Shown here one piece after another: positions 49,803 to 57,757 of a DNA stretch of 64,000 bases (the stretch's first letter is position 1; each line of letters begins with the position of its first letter). This stretch comes from Myxococcales bacterium. Lineage in GTDB: Bacteria; Myxococcota; Myxococcia; Myxococcales; 40CM-4-68-19. A model generated the notes under the pieces. The model was not told where the DNA came from. It was given only the letters and a program-made list of their open reading frames with translations, and did no database searches. The stretch lies in NCBI GenBank assembly GCA_036518615.1, contig DATDMU010000273.1, positions 751 to 64,750 of the forward strand. Reading direction: 5' to 3'. A program made the translations under genes and the position numbers.

Positions 49803-50453
49803 ATGGAGCGGGTGTCGCTCCTCGGCGGAAGCGCGCCGCGGCGCGTGCTCGCGCTCGGGGCGCACTGCGACGACATCGAGATCGGCTGCGGAGGCACCCT
49901 GCTGCGGATGATCGCCGAGCGGCCGCAGCTCGAGGTGCGCTGGGTGGCATTCGCTTCCACTCCGGCGCGGGCGGAGGAGGCGCGCGCTTCCGCCGCAGCC
50001 TTCCTCTCCGGGGCGGCGAAGTCCGAGGTGATCATCCACCAATTCCGCGACGGCTACCTGCCCCACGCCGGCGCGGCGGTGAAGGACGAGTTCGAGGCGC
50101 ACAAGCGCGCCTTCTCGCCCGACCTGATCTTCACGCACTATCGCAACGACCTGCACCAGGACCACCGGCTCGTCTGCGAGCTCACCTGGAACACCTGGCG
50201 CAACCACATGATCCTCGAGTACGAGATCCCCAAGTACGACGGCGATCTCGGGGTCCCCAACTTCTTCTCCCCGCTGCCCGCGCGGACGCTGGAAGAGAAG
50301 ATCGCGCTCGTCCTGAAGCACTTTCCGACGCAAGCCGGCAAGCCCTGGTTCACCGCCGACCTCTTCCGCGCCATCGCCCGGATCCGCGGCATGGAGTGCG
50401 TGGCGCCCGAAGGACTGGCAGAGGCCTTCTACTGCCGCAAGGCCGTGTTCTAG
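49803..50453 (+). CDS. PIG-L (LmbE) family deacetylase
   Basis: VLALGAHCDDIEIGCGGTL and the HQDH motif match the PIG-L family. The ATG at 49803 lies 2 nt after the rfbF stop. Confidence 0.85.
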   Translation: MERVSLLGGSAPRRVLALGAHCDDIEIGCGGTLLRMIAERPQLEVRWVAFASTPARAEEARASAAAFLSGAAKSEVIIHQFRDGYLPHAGAAVKDEFEAHKRAFSPDLIFTHYRNDLHQDHRLVCELTWNTWRNHMILEYEIPKYDGDLGVPNFFSPLPARTLEEKIALVLKHFPTQAGKPWFTADLFRAIARIRGMECVAPEGLAEAFYCRKAVF

Positions 50454-50568
50454 CCCGGCCGCGCGGGCCCTGTAGGTGTTTTCAGGATATCCGACCTCCG
50501 TCGACCAACGGCGGAGGGCGCCTACCCCGGCAAGTGCTGTAACCTTCTAGCTGGGGAAGACAAGGACC

Positions 50569-51912
50569 ATGCGTCTTGCGGGACAGGCAGCGGCGCGTGC
50601 CGCGCAGATCGTTTCGCCGGCGGCGGGAGTGATCCCGCTGGAGAGAGCGACCATCCGCGCCGCGAAGGCGCCGCCCCGGCGCGTTGCCTTCTTCGGGAAC
50701 TTCGGCGCGCAGAACCTGGGCAACGAATACACGCTCAAGGCCATCCTCGCCCACGCGCGAAGGCGCTTGCCCGACGCCGAGCTGCTCTGCATCTGCACCG
50801 ACCCGGAGGACGTGGCTGCGCGCCACGGCGTGAGCGCGATTGCGATGTCCTACCGCTACACGAGGGGCTTCCGCGCGGCCACGGAGGGAAGGTCCCCGGG
50901 GCGGATCTTGCGCATGCTGCGGCGCCTCTTCGTCCGGCTGCCGCGGGAGCTCGCCGAGGTGGTGCGCGCCTTCCGTTCGCTGAAGGACGTCCGCATGCTG
51001 GTGATGACGGGCACCGGAATGCTCAGCGACGTCGGCATCGGCCCCTTCGACCTCCACTGGGAGATCCTCAAGTGGTCGGCGGTGGCGAAGCTCCGCGGGG
51101 CGCGGGTGACGTTCGCGAGCGTCGGCATGGGACCCATCGCCAGCGCCGCGAGCCGGCGGATCGTCAGATGGGCGCTCTCCCTGGCCGACTACCGTTCCTT
51201 CCGCGACGGGTGGTCGCGGTCGTACCTCGAGAGCCTGGGCTTCGACGCGAGCCGGGACCGCGTCTATCCCGACCTGGCCTTCAGCCTTCCCCCGGAGGTC
51301 CGGGCCGGTGCGAGGAGCGCTGGCCGGCGCGTGGTGGGCGTGGGCCTGATGGACTACTACGGCACGCACGTGAGCCCGCGCGTCGGAGAGGACGCCTACC
51401 GCGCCTACGTCGCCAAGATGACGCGGTTCGTCCGCTGGCTGCTGGAGCGCGGATACGACGTGCGCCTGCTCATCGGCGACATCTCGTACGACACGCGCTC
51501 GAAGCACGACGTGCTCCGCGGCCTCTCCGAATCCGGGGCGCCCGTGGCCTCGGGGCGCGTCGTCACGGCGCGCATCGCTTCGGTCGACGACCTCGTGCAG
51601 GAGCTCGGCCGGACCGATCTGGTGGTGGCGATGCGCTTCCACACCACGCTGCTCGCGCTGATGCTGAAGAAGCCCGTGCTCGCGCTCTCGTACCACCAGA
51701 AGTGCGTTTGCCTGATGGACGCGGTCGGGCTGCCGCAATACGCGCACGACATCGACCGATCCGACGCGGAGCAGCTGATCCGCCAGTTCGAGGATCTGGA
51801 GACGAACAGCGAAAGCTTCGCGCCCTCGATCGCGGGAAAGCTGGACGAGTCCCGCCGCGCGCTCGACGAGCAGTACGCCGAGCTCTTCGCCTCGCCGCCC
51901 CACGATGACTGA
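50569..51912 (+). CDS. Polysaccharide pyruvyl transferase family protein
   Basis: FFGNFGAQNLGNEYTLKAIL and the C-terminal VVAMRFHTTLLALMLKKPVLALSYHQK match the PS_pyruv_trans pattern (WcaK/CsaB-like). Confidence 0.8.
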   Translation: MRLAGQAAARAAQIVSPAAGVIPLERATIRAAKAPPRRVAFFGNFGAQNLGNEYTLKAILAHARRRLPDAELLCICTDPEDVAARHGVSAIAMSYRYTRGFRAATEGRSPGRILRMLRRLFVRLPRELAEVVRAFRSLKDVRMLVMTGTGMLSDVGIGPFDLHWEILKWSAVAKLRGARVTFASVGMGPIASAASRRIVRWALSLADYRSFRDGWSRSYLESLGFDASRDRVYPDLAFSLPPEVRAGARSAGRRVVGVGLMDYYGTHVSPRVGEDAYRAYVAKMTRFVRWLLERGYDVRLLIGDISYDTRSKHDVLRGLSESGAPVASGRVVTARIASVDDLVQELGRTDLVVAMRFHTTLLALMLKKPVLALSYHQKCVCLMDAVGLPQYAHDIDRSDAEQLIRQFEDLETNSESFAPSIAGKLDESRRALDEQYAELFASPPHDD

Positions 51913-52000
51913 ACGCCCAACCCGTGCTATTCGTCGGAGCGGGGCAAGGAAAGGCGCGTTGACGTAGCCTCAGGGGCGGAGGCTGAAGCAATTGAAATCG

Positions 52001-53182
52001 ATGCTCTTTTCGGGGCCGTCCGGCGCGGGCGGCATCGCGCAGGTCGAGCGCGGCGGCGGCGACGTCCTGCAGCTCTCGATGCGCAGGGTGCACGACCTCG
52101 TCGCCTTCTGCACTCCGTACGAGTTCGAGGACGTGGTGACCGCGGCCACCGGCGCCGATCGGGTGGAGCCGGAGGACTTCGCCGCCATCGAGAGGGTGCG
52201 GCGCTTCTACAAGCTGGGGCGGCTGGCCACCCGCTCGCGCCGCATGGCCCGCGCGGTGACCCCGCCGCTCGGCGTCCCGCCGCTGACGCGCGACTACGAG
52301 CTCTTCTTTCCCGTCTTCAACCATCCCTTCGAGCTGTTCGCGCTGGCCGCGGTGCCCGACTGGCGCCTGCGCTGCCGGGTGGCGGCGTGCTTCGTGAGCG
52401 AGATCTGGGTCCAGGAGATCCCCGAGTACCTCCTCGAGCTGCTCGCCGACTTCGACCACATCTTCATCGGCATCAGCCACCCCGCGCAGGAGGTGGCGCG
52501 CATCGTGGGCCGGCCCTGCACCTACCTGCCGCTCGCCACCGACGTGCTGCGCTTCGCGCCCTGGCCGCAGCCTCCGGCGCGCGCCATCGACGTCTGCAAC
52601 ATCGGAAGGCGGTCGGCGGTGACCCACGCCGCGCTGGTGCGGATGGCGGAGGAGCGGCGCATCTTCTACTACTACGACACGGTGCGCCCGAGCGGCGAGC
52701 GCGGCAAGCAGATGACCTTCAGCGTGGGCAACGCCAGCGAGCACCGGCTCCTGCTCGCGAATCTGCTCAAGCGAAGCCGCTACTACGTGGCCAACCGGGC
52801 GCGGGTGAACGAGCCCGAGGTGACCGAGGGCCGCGAGGAGATCTCCGCCCGCTTCTACGAGGGCGTCGCCGCGGGCGCCGCGCTCATCGGCGTGCCGCCG
52901 CGCTCGCCCGGATTCCAGCGGCAGTTCGACTGGCCGGACGCGGTCATCGAGATGCCCTTCGACTGTCCCGACATCGCCGAGCGGCTGCGCGCCATGGACG
53001 CCGACACGGCGCGCATGCAGCGCATCACGCGCGAGAACGTCCGCCAGGCTGCCCTTCGCCACGACTGGATCCACCGGCTGCGCACGGTCTTCGAGGTGCT
53101 CGGGTTGCGCCCCACCGAAGGGATGCTGGCCCGCGAGGAGCGGCTGCGCGCCCTGGCCGCGATGGCTTCGCAGGGCGGGTAG
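52001..53182 (+). CDS. Putative glycosyltransferase (CgeB-like / Glyco_trans_1_2-type), weakly assigned
   Basis: High GC3. The C-terminal ARFYEGVAAGAALIG...MQRITRENVRQAALRHDWIHRL resembles CgeB-type glycosyltransferase C-termini. The start is ambiguous (TTG 51992, ATG 52001 or ATG 52079). Confidence 0.6.
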   Translation: MLFSGPSGAGGIAQVERGGGDVLQLSMRRVHDLVAFCTPYEFEDVVTAATGADRVEPEDFAAIERVRRFYKLGRLATRSRRMARAVTPPLGVPPLTRDYELFFPVFNHPFELFALAAVPDWRLRCRVAACFVSEIWVQEIPEYLLELLADFDHIFIGISHPAQEVARIVGRPCTYLPLATDVLRFAPWPQPPARAIDVCNIGRRSAVTHAALVRMAEERRIFYYYDTVRPSGERGKQMTFSVGNASEHRLLLANLLKRSRYYVANRARVNEPEVTEGREEISARFYEGVAAGAALIGVPPRSPGFQRQFDWPDAVIEMPFDCPDIAERLRAMDADTARMQRITRENVRQAALRHDWIHRLRTVFEVLGLRPTEGMLAREERLRALAAMASQGG

Positions 53183-53365
53183 GTCCCTGCCGGTCAGTCA
53201 GGGGCACATCGCTTCCACGTTGGCATGAGGGTCGAAGTACGGTGGTGCCATGACGGCTCGGCGATCAGCGGCTCGGCCGAGTCGGCGGCCGCCCACAAGT
53301 TCCCGGGCGAAGGCGCATCGATCCTGCGCGCATCCGCCGCCGCTGGCGCGCTTTCGGCGCCAGCC

Positions 53366-53492
53366 AGTTCAACCGGTTGAACTGGCGGTTGCTGCGAGTC
53401 GGTTCAACCGTTTTAACTGCTGGTGAAGGCGGTTGCTGCGAGTCGGTTCAACCGGTTGAACTGCGGCGAGTCGGTTCAACCGGTTGAACTGC
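53366..53492. repeat. Array of four copies of the palindrome (A/G)GTTCAACCGGTTGAACT (three perfect, one degenerate) embedded in a nested 27-44 bp repeat
   Basis: The copies lie at 53366-53383, 53401-53418 (degenerate: GGTTCAACCGTTTTAACT), 53445-53462 and 53473-53490. The core GTTCAACCGGTTGAAC is a perfect 16-bp palindrome. The flanking GCGAGTC...TGC is shared by copies 2-4. The array sits in a 533-bp gap between convergent genes. Confidence 0.9.
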
Positions 53493-53681
53493 TGCGGCGA
53501 CCCGGTGACGGACCTCGACGCCGACTCGCGGAGCGAGGCCGAGGGTTGCAGCGCCGCCGCCAGCGTCATCGTCGTCATCCCCGGCAGTATCGCGCGGGCA
53601 TCTGACATGAGGCGGCGCGGGCGACCGCGACACCTCCCCTTTGCCGCCCGGCGCACCGCGACCAGGCTGGTATGCGCCAAA

Positions 53682-53711
53682 GTGACCGGGACCGGCGTCC
53701 AGGCCGGTCAC
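53682..53711 (-). terminator. Possible intrinsic terminator after the FAD-oxidoreductase gene
   Basis: An 8-bp stem GTGACCGG/CCGGTCAC starts 4 nt after the stop codon (minus-strand sense) and is followed by TTTGG. The loop is long (14 nt), so this is a weak call. Confidence 0.3.
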
Positions 53712-53714
53712 GCC

Positions 53715-54821
53715 TCAGCAGCCGGCCACGCGCCGCACGTGTTCGGCGATGGCGAGCACGGAGGTGAGCCCCGGCGACTCGATGCCGAACAGGTTCACCA
53801 GCCCGGGTACCCCGTGCTGCTCCGGCCCGTCGATGCGGAAATCGGGCGCCGCGCTGGTTTGCGGAGCGATCTTCGGGCGGACTCCGGTGAAGCCGGGGAC
53901 CAGAGCCCCGTCGGGGAGCGTCGGGTAGTAGCGCCGGATGGAGGCATAGAAGCTGGCGGCGCGCGACTCGTCGAAGGCGTAATCGACGCCCTCGCACCAC
54001 TGCACGTCCGGGCCGAAGCGCGCCTGCCCTCCGAGGTCGAGGGTGAGGTGCGTGCCCAGCCCGCCCGGCACCGGCACCGGATAGACCAGATGGCGGAAGC
54101 GGTGCCTGCCGGGCATGACGAAGTAGTGGCCCTTGGCGAAATACTGCGGCGGAATGGCCGCCGCCGGCACGCCCTCGATGCGACGGGCGACCTCTGGCGC
54201 CCAGGGGCCGGCGCAATTCACCACCAGCTGGAAGCGCACCGCCACCGCGTCCTCGCCGCCCGCGTCCAGCTCGATGCCGCCGTCGCAGACGCGGCCCGAG
54301 CGCACCGGCGTGCCGAGCGCCACCTGGGCGCCTCTGGCCTCCGCATCGCGCCGGAGCGCGGCCATCAGCGCGTGGCTGTCGATCAGCCCGGTGGAGGGTG
54401 AGAAGATCCCGCGCACGCAGGAGACGTCGGGCTCCATCTCCTGGACCTCGGCCTGGCTGAGGGTGACCAGGTCCATGACGCCGTTCGCTTCCGCCGCCGC
54501 CTTGAGCTTGCCGAGGGTCGCGATCTCCTCCTCCGAGGTGGCGACGATCAACTTGCCGATCCGCGCGTGCGGGATGCCGCGCTCGGCGCAGTAGGCATAG
54601 AGCGCCTTTCGCCCTTCGACGCAGAAGCGCGCCTTGAGCGAGCCCTTCGGATAGTAGATGCCCGCGTGGATCACCTCGGAGTTGCGCGAGCTGGTGTGCA
54701 TGCCCACCTGGTGCTCGGCCTCGAGGACGATCACCTCGCGCCCCGCCTCGGCCAGCGCGCGCGCGACGCCGAGGCCGATGACCCCGGCGCCGATGATCGC
54801 GACGTCTGCGGACTCGGTCAT
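53715..54821 (-). CDS. FAD-dependent oxidoreductase, L-2-hydroxyglutarate oxidase/dehydrogenase (LhgO)-like
   Basis: DVAIIGAGVIGLGVARAL dinucleotide motif, SSRNSEVIHAGIYYP, and the C-terminal NLFGIESPGLTS, matching the DAO/LhgO-type pattern. Confidence 0.85.
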   Translation of the reverse strand: MTESADVAIIGAGVIGLGVARALAEAGREVIVLEAEHQVGMHTSSRNSEVIHAGIYYPKGSLKARFCVEGRKALYAYCAERGIPHARIGKLIVATSEEEIATLGKLKAAAEANGVMDLVTLSQAEVQEMEPDVSCVRGIFSPSTGLIDSHALMAALRRDAEARGAQVALGTPVRSGRVCDGGIELDAGGEDAVAVRFQLVVNCAGPWAPEVARRIEGVPAAAIPPQYFAKGHYFVMPGRHRFRHLVYPVPVPGGLGTHLTLDLGGQARFGPDVQWCEGVDYAFDESRAASFYASIRRYYPTLPDGALVPGFTGVRPKIAPQTSAAPDFRIDGPEQHGVPGLVNLFGIESPGLTSVLAIAEHVRRVAGC

Positions 54822-54840
54822 CGCCTGCGCACCCCGGGAT

Positions 54841-56385
54841 CTACGTGGCGGAAGAGGTTTCCGCCCCGTCGGCGAGGGCGGAGGCAGGCGCCGCGACGTC
54901 CGGGCGGCGCTTGCGCAGGAGCGACGCGAGCTGTTCCAGATCGCGGCGCCGCAGGAGGCCCACCGCCAGCGCGCAGAGGCTGAAGCAGGCGACGCAGACG
55001 GGGATGCCGGCGAAGAGCGGAAGCGGAGGCAGGGCCTCGAAGAGCAGCGCGGTGGCGCCGACCGAGACGATCGCCCTGCCCGTATCCACGAGGATGCCGG
55101 TGCCCAGGCTTCCGCGCGGCATCAGGAAGACCGCGCCGCCGAAGACCACGAACTCGCTGAGGATGAAGGCGGCCACCGCGCCGATGCCGCCGTTGCCCTG
55201 CCGGTGCTGGAAGAAGGGGATGAGGATGAGATCGAGCCCGGTGCTGACCACGATGCTCGCCACCTTCACCACCGAGAACGCGCCGGCGCGGCCCATGGCG
55301 GTGAGCGCGTTGCCGAAGAGCACGTCGATGAAGAGGAGGAAGAGGCCCGGGCCGAAGACCTTGAGCACGATGCCCGCGGCGGCGAAATTGCGATGCCCGT
55401 AGACCAGCGCGATGGCGCCGTCGGCGAAGAGGAAGGTGCCGAGCCCGCCCAGCGCTCCGAGGAGCAGGATGGGCCGCAGCGACGCCTGGAACTCGCTCTT
55501 GAAGACGGAGATGGAAGACGAGCTGCGCGAGAGCCTGGGGTACGCCGCCGCCGCGATGATGAGGGCGGGCGCGATCAGCGTGCCCATGATGCTCTTGGCG
55601 GCGCCGAACCAGCCCATCACTTCGGCGGGAACCATCTTCGAGATGATGATGGCGTCGAGGTAGGGCTGGATCTGGACCGCGATCATCATGCTCACGATGC
55701 CGGTGCCGCCCGCCAGCACCTCGCGCGCGGTCTCGCGGGTGAAGCGGACGGGCCCCACCGCCACCCGCCGGTAGAGCCGCGCGGCAACCCACAGCGCCGC
55801 GCAGCCGGCCAGACCCTGGGCCACCACCACTCCGCCGAGGCCGGTGCCCAGGGCCAGCGCGCCGAGCGCGAGAGCGAGGCCGGTGGCCCGGTTCACCACC
55901 GAGGTGATGGCGTCCAGCTCCATGCGGTCGCGGCCGCGGAAGACGAACGAGCAGGCCTGGCTGAGGAAGAACGGGAGCATGACCAGCATGAACGCGACGG
56001 TGAACCAGCAGGTCCGCGCGTCGTAGCCGAGCAGCCAGCTCACCAGCCCCGCGGGAATGGCGGCGAGGACGCCTCCCAGGGTCCGCAGCACGAGCGCGCT
56101 GCCGAGCAGGTCGCCGCCCCTGCGCGGAGTGCGCGCCACCTCGCGGATCACGTAGAACTGCTGCCCCCAGTCGACCACCACGTACGCGAAGGTGGCGAAC
56201 GAGCTGATCAGGAAGTAGAGGCCGAAGTCGCCCGGCCCCAGCGTCCTTCCCAGCGCGGCGCTGAAGACGATGGCGAGGCCGGTGGTCGCGACCTGTCCCA
56301 GCACCAGGTGGAATGCATTGCGCGCCATCGAAGCGCGCGGCGCCGCTTGCGGCGTCTCGAAGGCCGGTGCGTTCGTTTCCCCCAT
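54841..56385 (-). CDS. wzx: Wzx-type oligosaccharide flippase (polysaccharide biosynthesis protein, MOP superfamily)
   Basis: About 14 hydrophobic segments. The N-terminal ARNAFHLVLGQVATTGLAIVFSAALGRTLGPGDFGLYFLISS is typical of Polysacc_synt flippases. An alternative start lies at 56328. Confidence 0.85.
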   Translation of the reverse strand: MGETNAPAFETPQAAPRASMARNAFHLVLGQVATTGLAIVFSAALGRTLGPGDFGLYFLISSFATFAYVVVDWGQQFYVIREVARTPRRGGDLLGSALVLRTLGGVLAAIPAGLVSWLLGYDARTCWFTVAFMLVMLPFFLSQACSFVFRGRDRMELDAITSVVNRATGLALALGALALGTGLGGVVVAQGLAGCAALWVAARLYRRVAVGPVRFTRETAREVLAGGTGIVSMMIAVQIQPYLDAIIISKMVPAEVMGWFGAAKSIMGTLIAPALIIAAAAYPRLSRSSSSISVFKSEFQASLRPILLLGALGGLGTFLFADGAIALVYGHRNFAAAGIVLKVFGPGLFLLFIDVLFGNALTAMGRAGAFSVVKVASIVVSTGLDLILIPFFQHRQGNGGIGAVAAFILSEFVVFGGAVFLMPRGSLGTGILVDTGRAIVSVGATALLFEALPPLPLFAGIPVCVACFSLCALAVGLLRRRDLEQLASLLRKRRPDVAAPASALADGAETSSAT

Positions 56386-56451
56386 CCCGTCTGTTTTCTA
56401 ACACGGGACCGGGGCCGTCCCCGCGCGAATTCGCGCCGTGGCGCGCCCGCC

Positions 56452-57537
56452 TCAGGCGATGGTGGGAGCGTGCCGCTGCGGGCCGCGCACCAGCCTGAGA
56501 ATGCGGGTGACGAGCCAGGGCCGCGAGGCCGGCGCCATCCGCCAGACCACCGCCGCCTTCGACACCCGCCGCGGAAGAAGCCCGGCGCAGAGGAACCACG
56601 CCACCAGCATGGCGCGCCGCTTCCGCGAGAGGCGCCTGTCGCCCACGCTCGCGCGAACGCCGCGCCAGCCGAGGCGCGACCTTTTGTCGCCGGACACCGG
56701 GTGGCGCGCGGGCTCGATGCAGAGGGAGCACATGCGTTTTTCCAGGTGCAGCCAGTCGTTCATGCCGGGCTCCACCGGCCTGGGCAGCCCGAGCTCCGCG
56801 GCCTTGCGCGCCAGCGCGCGATAGCGCGCGGCGTCGAGATCGATGGCGCGCCGGAAGCGCTCGCCGTCGGCGGTGGCGCGGGTGGCCCAGGCGTTCTGGT
56901 CGTGCATCCTGTACGTGCCGAGCGGCTCGTCGAGGGAGAGGACCGCGCCGAACAAGGGCGCGAGCGTGACCAGGTAGCCGTCCGCCGAGATGCGGAATTC
57001 CGCCTCGGGAATGGGGAGGATCCGCGCCAGCACCTCGCGGGCGAAGGCGTTGCCGCTGGTCACCGCGGTCGAATAGCGCCCGCTGCGGAGCAGGAGCGGA
57101 ACCACGTCGCCGCTGTCGAAGGGAATGTCCCGGTGCGGGAAGAGATCGAGGCCGTCGGCGCCGGCGCCGGTGATGGTCAGCCGGTACTGGATCTTCGCCA
57201 CTCCGGGCCGCCATCCGCGCACGATCCTCTCCACCGCGTGCGGCTCGAGGGAATCGTCGGAATCGAGGAAGACGACGATGCTCCCGCGGCTGCGGAGAAA
57301 ACCGGCATTGAGCGCGGCGGCCTGCCCGCCGTTCACGGGCCTGAGGACCGGGATGGCCGCGGGATAGCGGGCGATGACCTCCTGCGACCCGTCCGTGGAA
57401 GCGTCGTCGACGACCAGCACCTCCGTGTGCGGCCAGGTCTGGGAGAGCGCCGTCTCGATGCAGTGAGGGAGGAACCGGGCGTAGTTGTAGTTGTCGATGA
57501 CGATGGAGACGAGAGGGCCGCCCACGCCCCGAAGCAT
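56452..57537 (-). CDS. Glycosyltransferase family 2
   Basis: VSIVIDNYNYARFLPHCIETALSQTWPHTEVLVVDDASTDGS and the DSDD (DxD) motif. The start was trimmed to the ATG at 57537. Confidence 0.85.
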   Translation of the reverse strand: MLRGVGGPLVSIVIDNYNYARFLPHCIETALSQTWPHTEVLVVDDASTDGSQEVIARYPAAIPVLRPVNGGQAAALNAGFLRSRGSIVVFLDSDDSLEPHAVERIVRGWRPGVAKIQYRLTITGAGADGLDLFPHRDIPFDSGDVVPLLLRSGRYSTAVTSGNAFAREVLARILPIPEAEFRISADGYLVTLAPLFGAVLSLDEPLGTYRMHDQNAWATRATADGERFRRAIDLDAARYRALARKAAELGLPRPVEPGMNDWLHLEKRMCSLCIEPARHPVSGDKRSRLGWRGVRASVGDRRLSRKRRAMLVAWFLCAGLLPRRVSKAAVVWRMAPASRPWLVTRILRLVRGPQRHAPTIA

Positions 57538-57757
57538 GGCCCGGACGGGCGAGACGCCGCAACGGCCCTTGCGGTATTTTCGGCCAGGACGGAAAAATCG
57601 TTCCAGCCCGCCTGTACCGGCAAACGTCGAAAAATCAATGATTGCGCAGGCTTCACGACGCACCGCGATGGAGCCCTTGACGCGAGTCCGCATAGCTACC
57701 TACAAGGGGCGTTCGGGGGGGCCGCCCGGGCTGCAGCGCCGGCGGCATTGAACGGCT

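Noticed and set aside
53366-53492. The palindrome array as a CRISPR array or a parS centromere.
   Set aside because: - It is not CRISPR-like: there are only four copies, the spacers are irregular and very short (10-26 bp) and themselves partly repeated, and there are no cas genes in the window.
- It does not match the parS consensus as I recall it (TGTTNCACGTGAAACA), beyond being a 16-bp palindrome.
- It is kept as an unexplained repeat instead.
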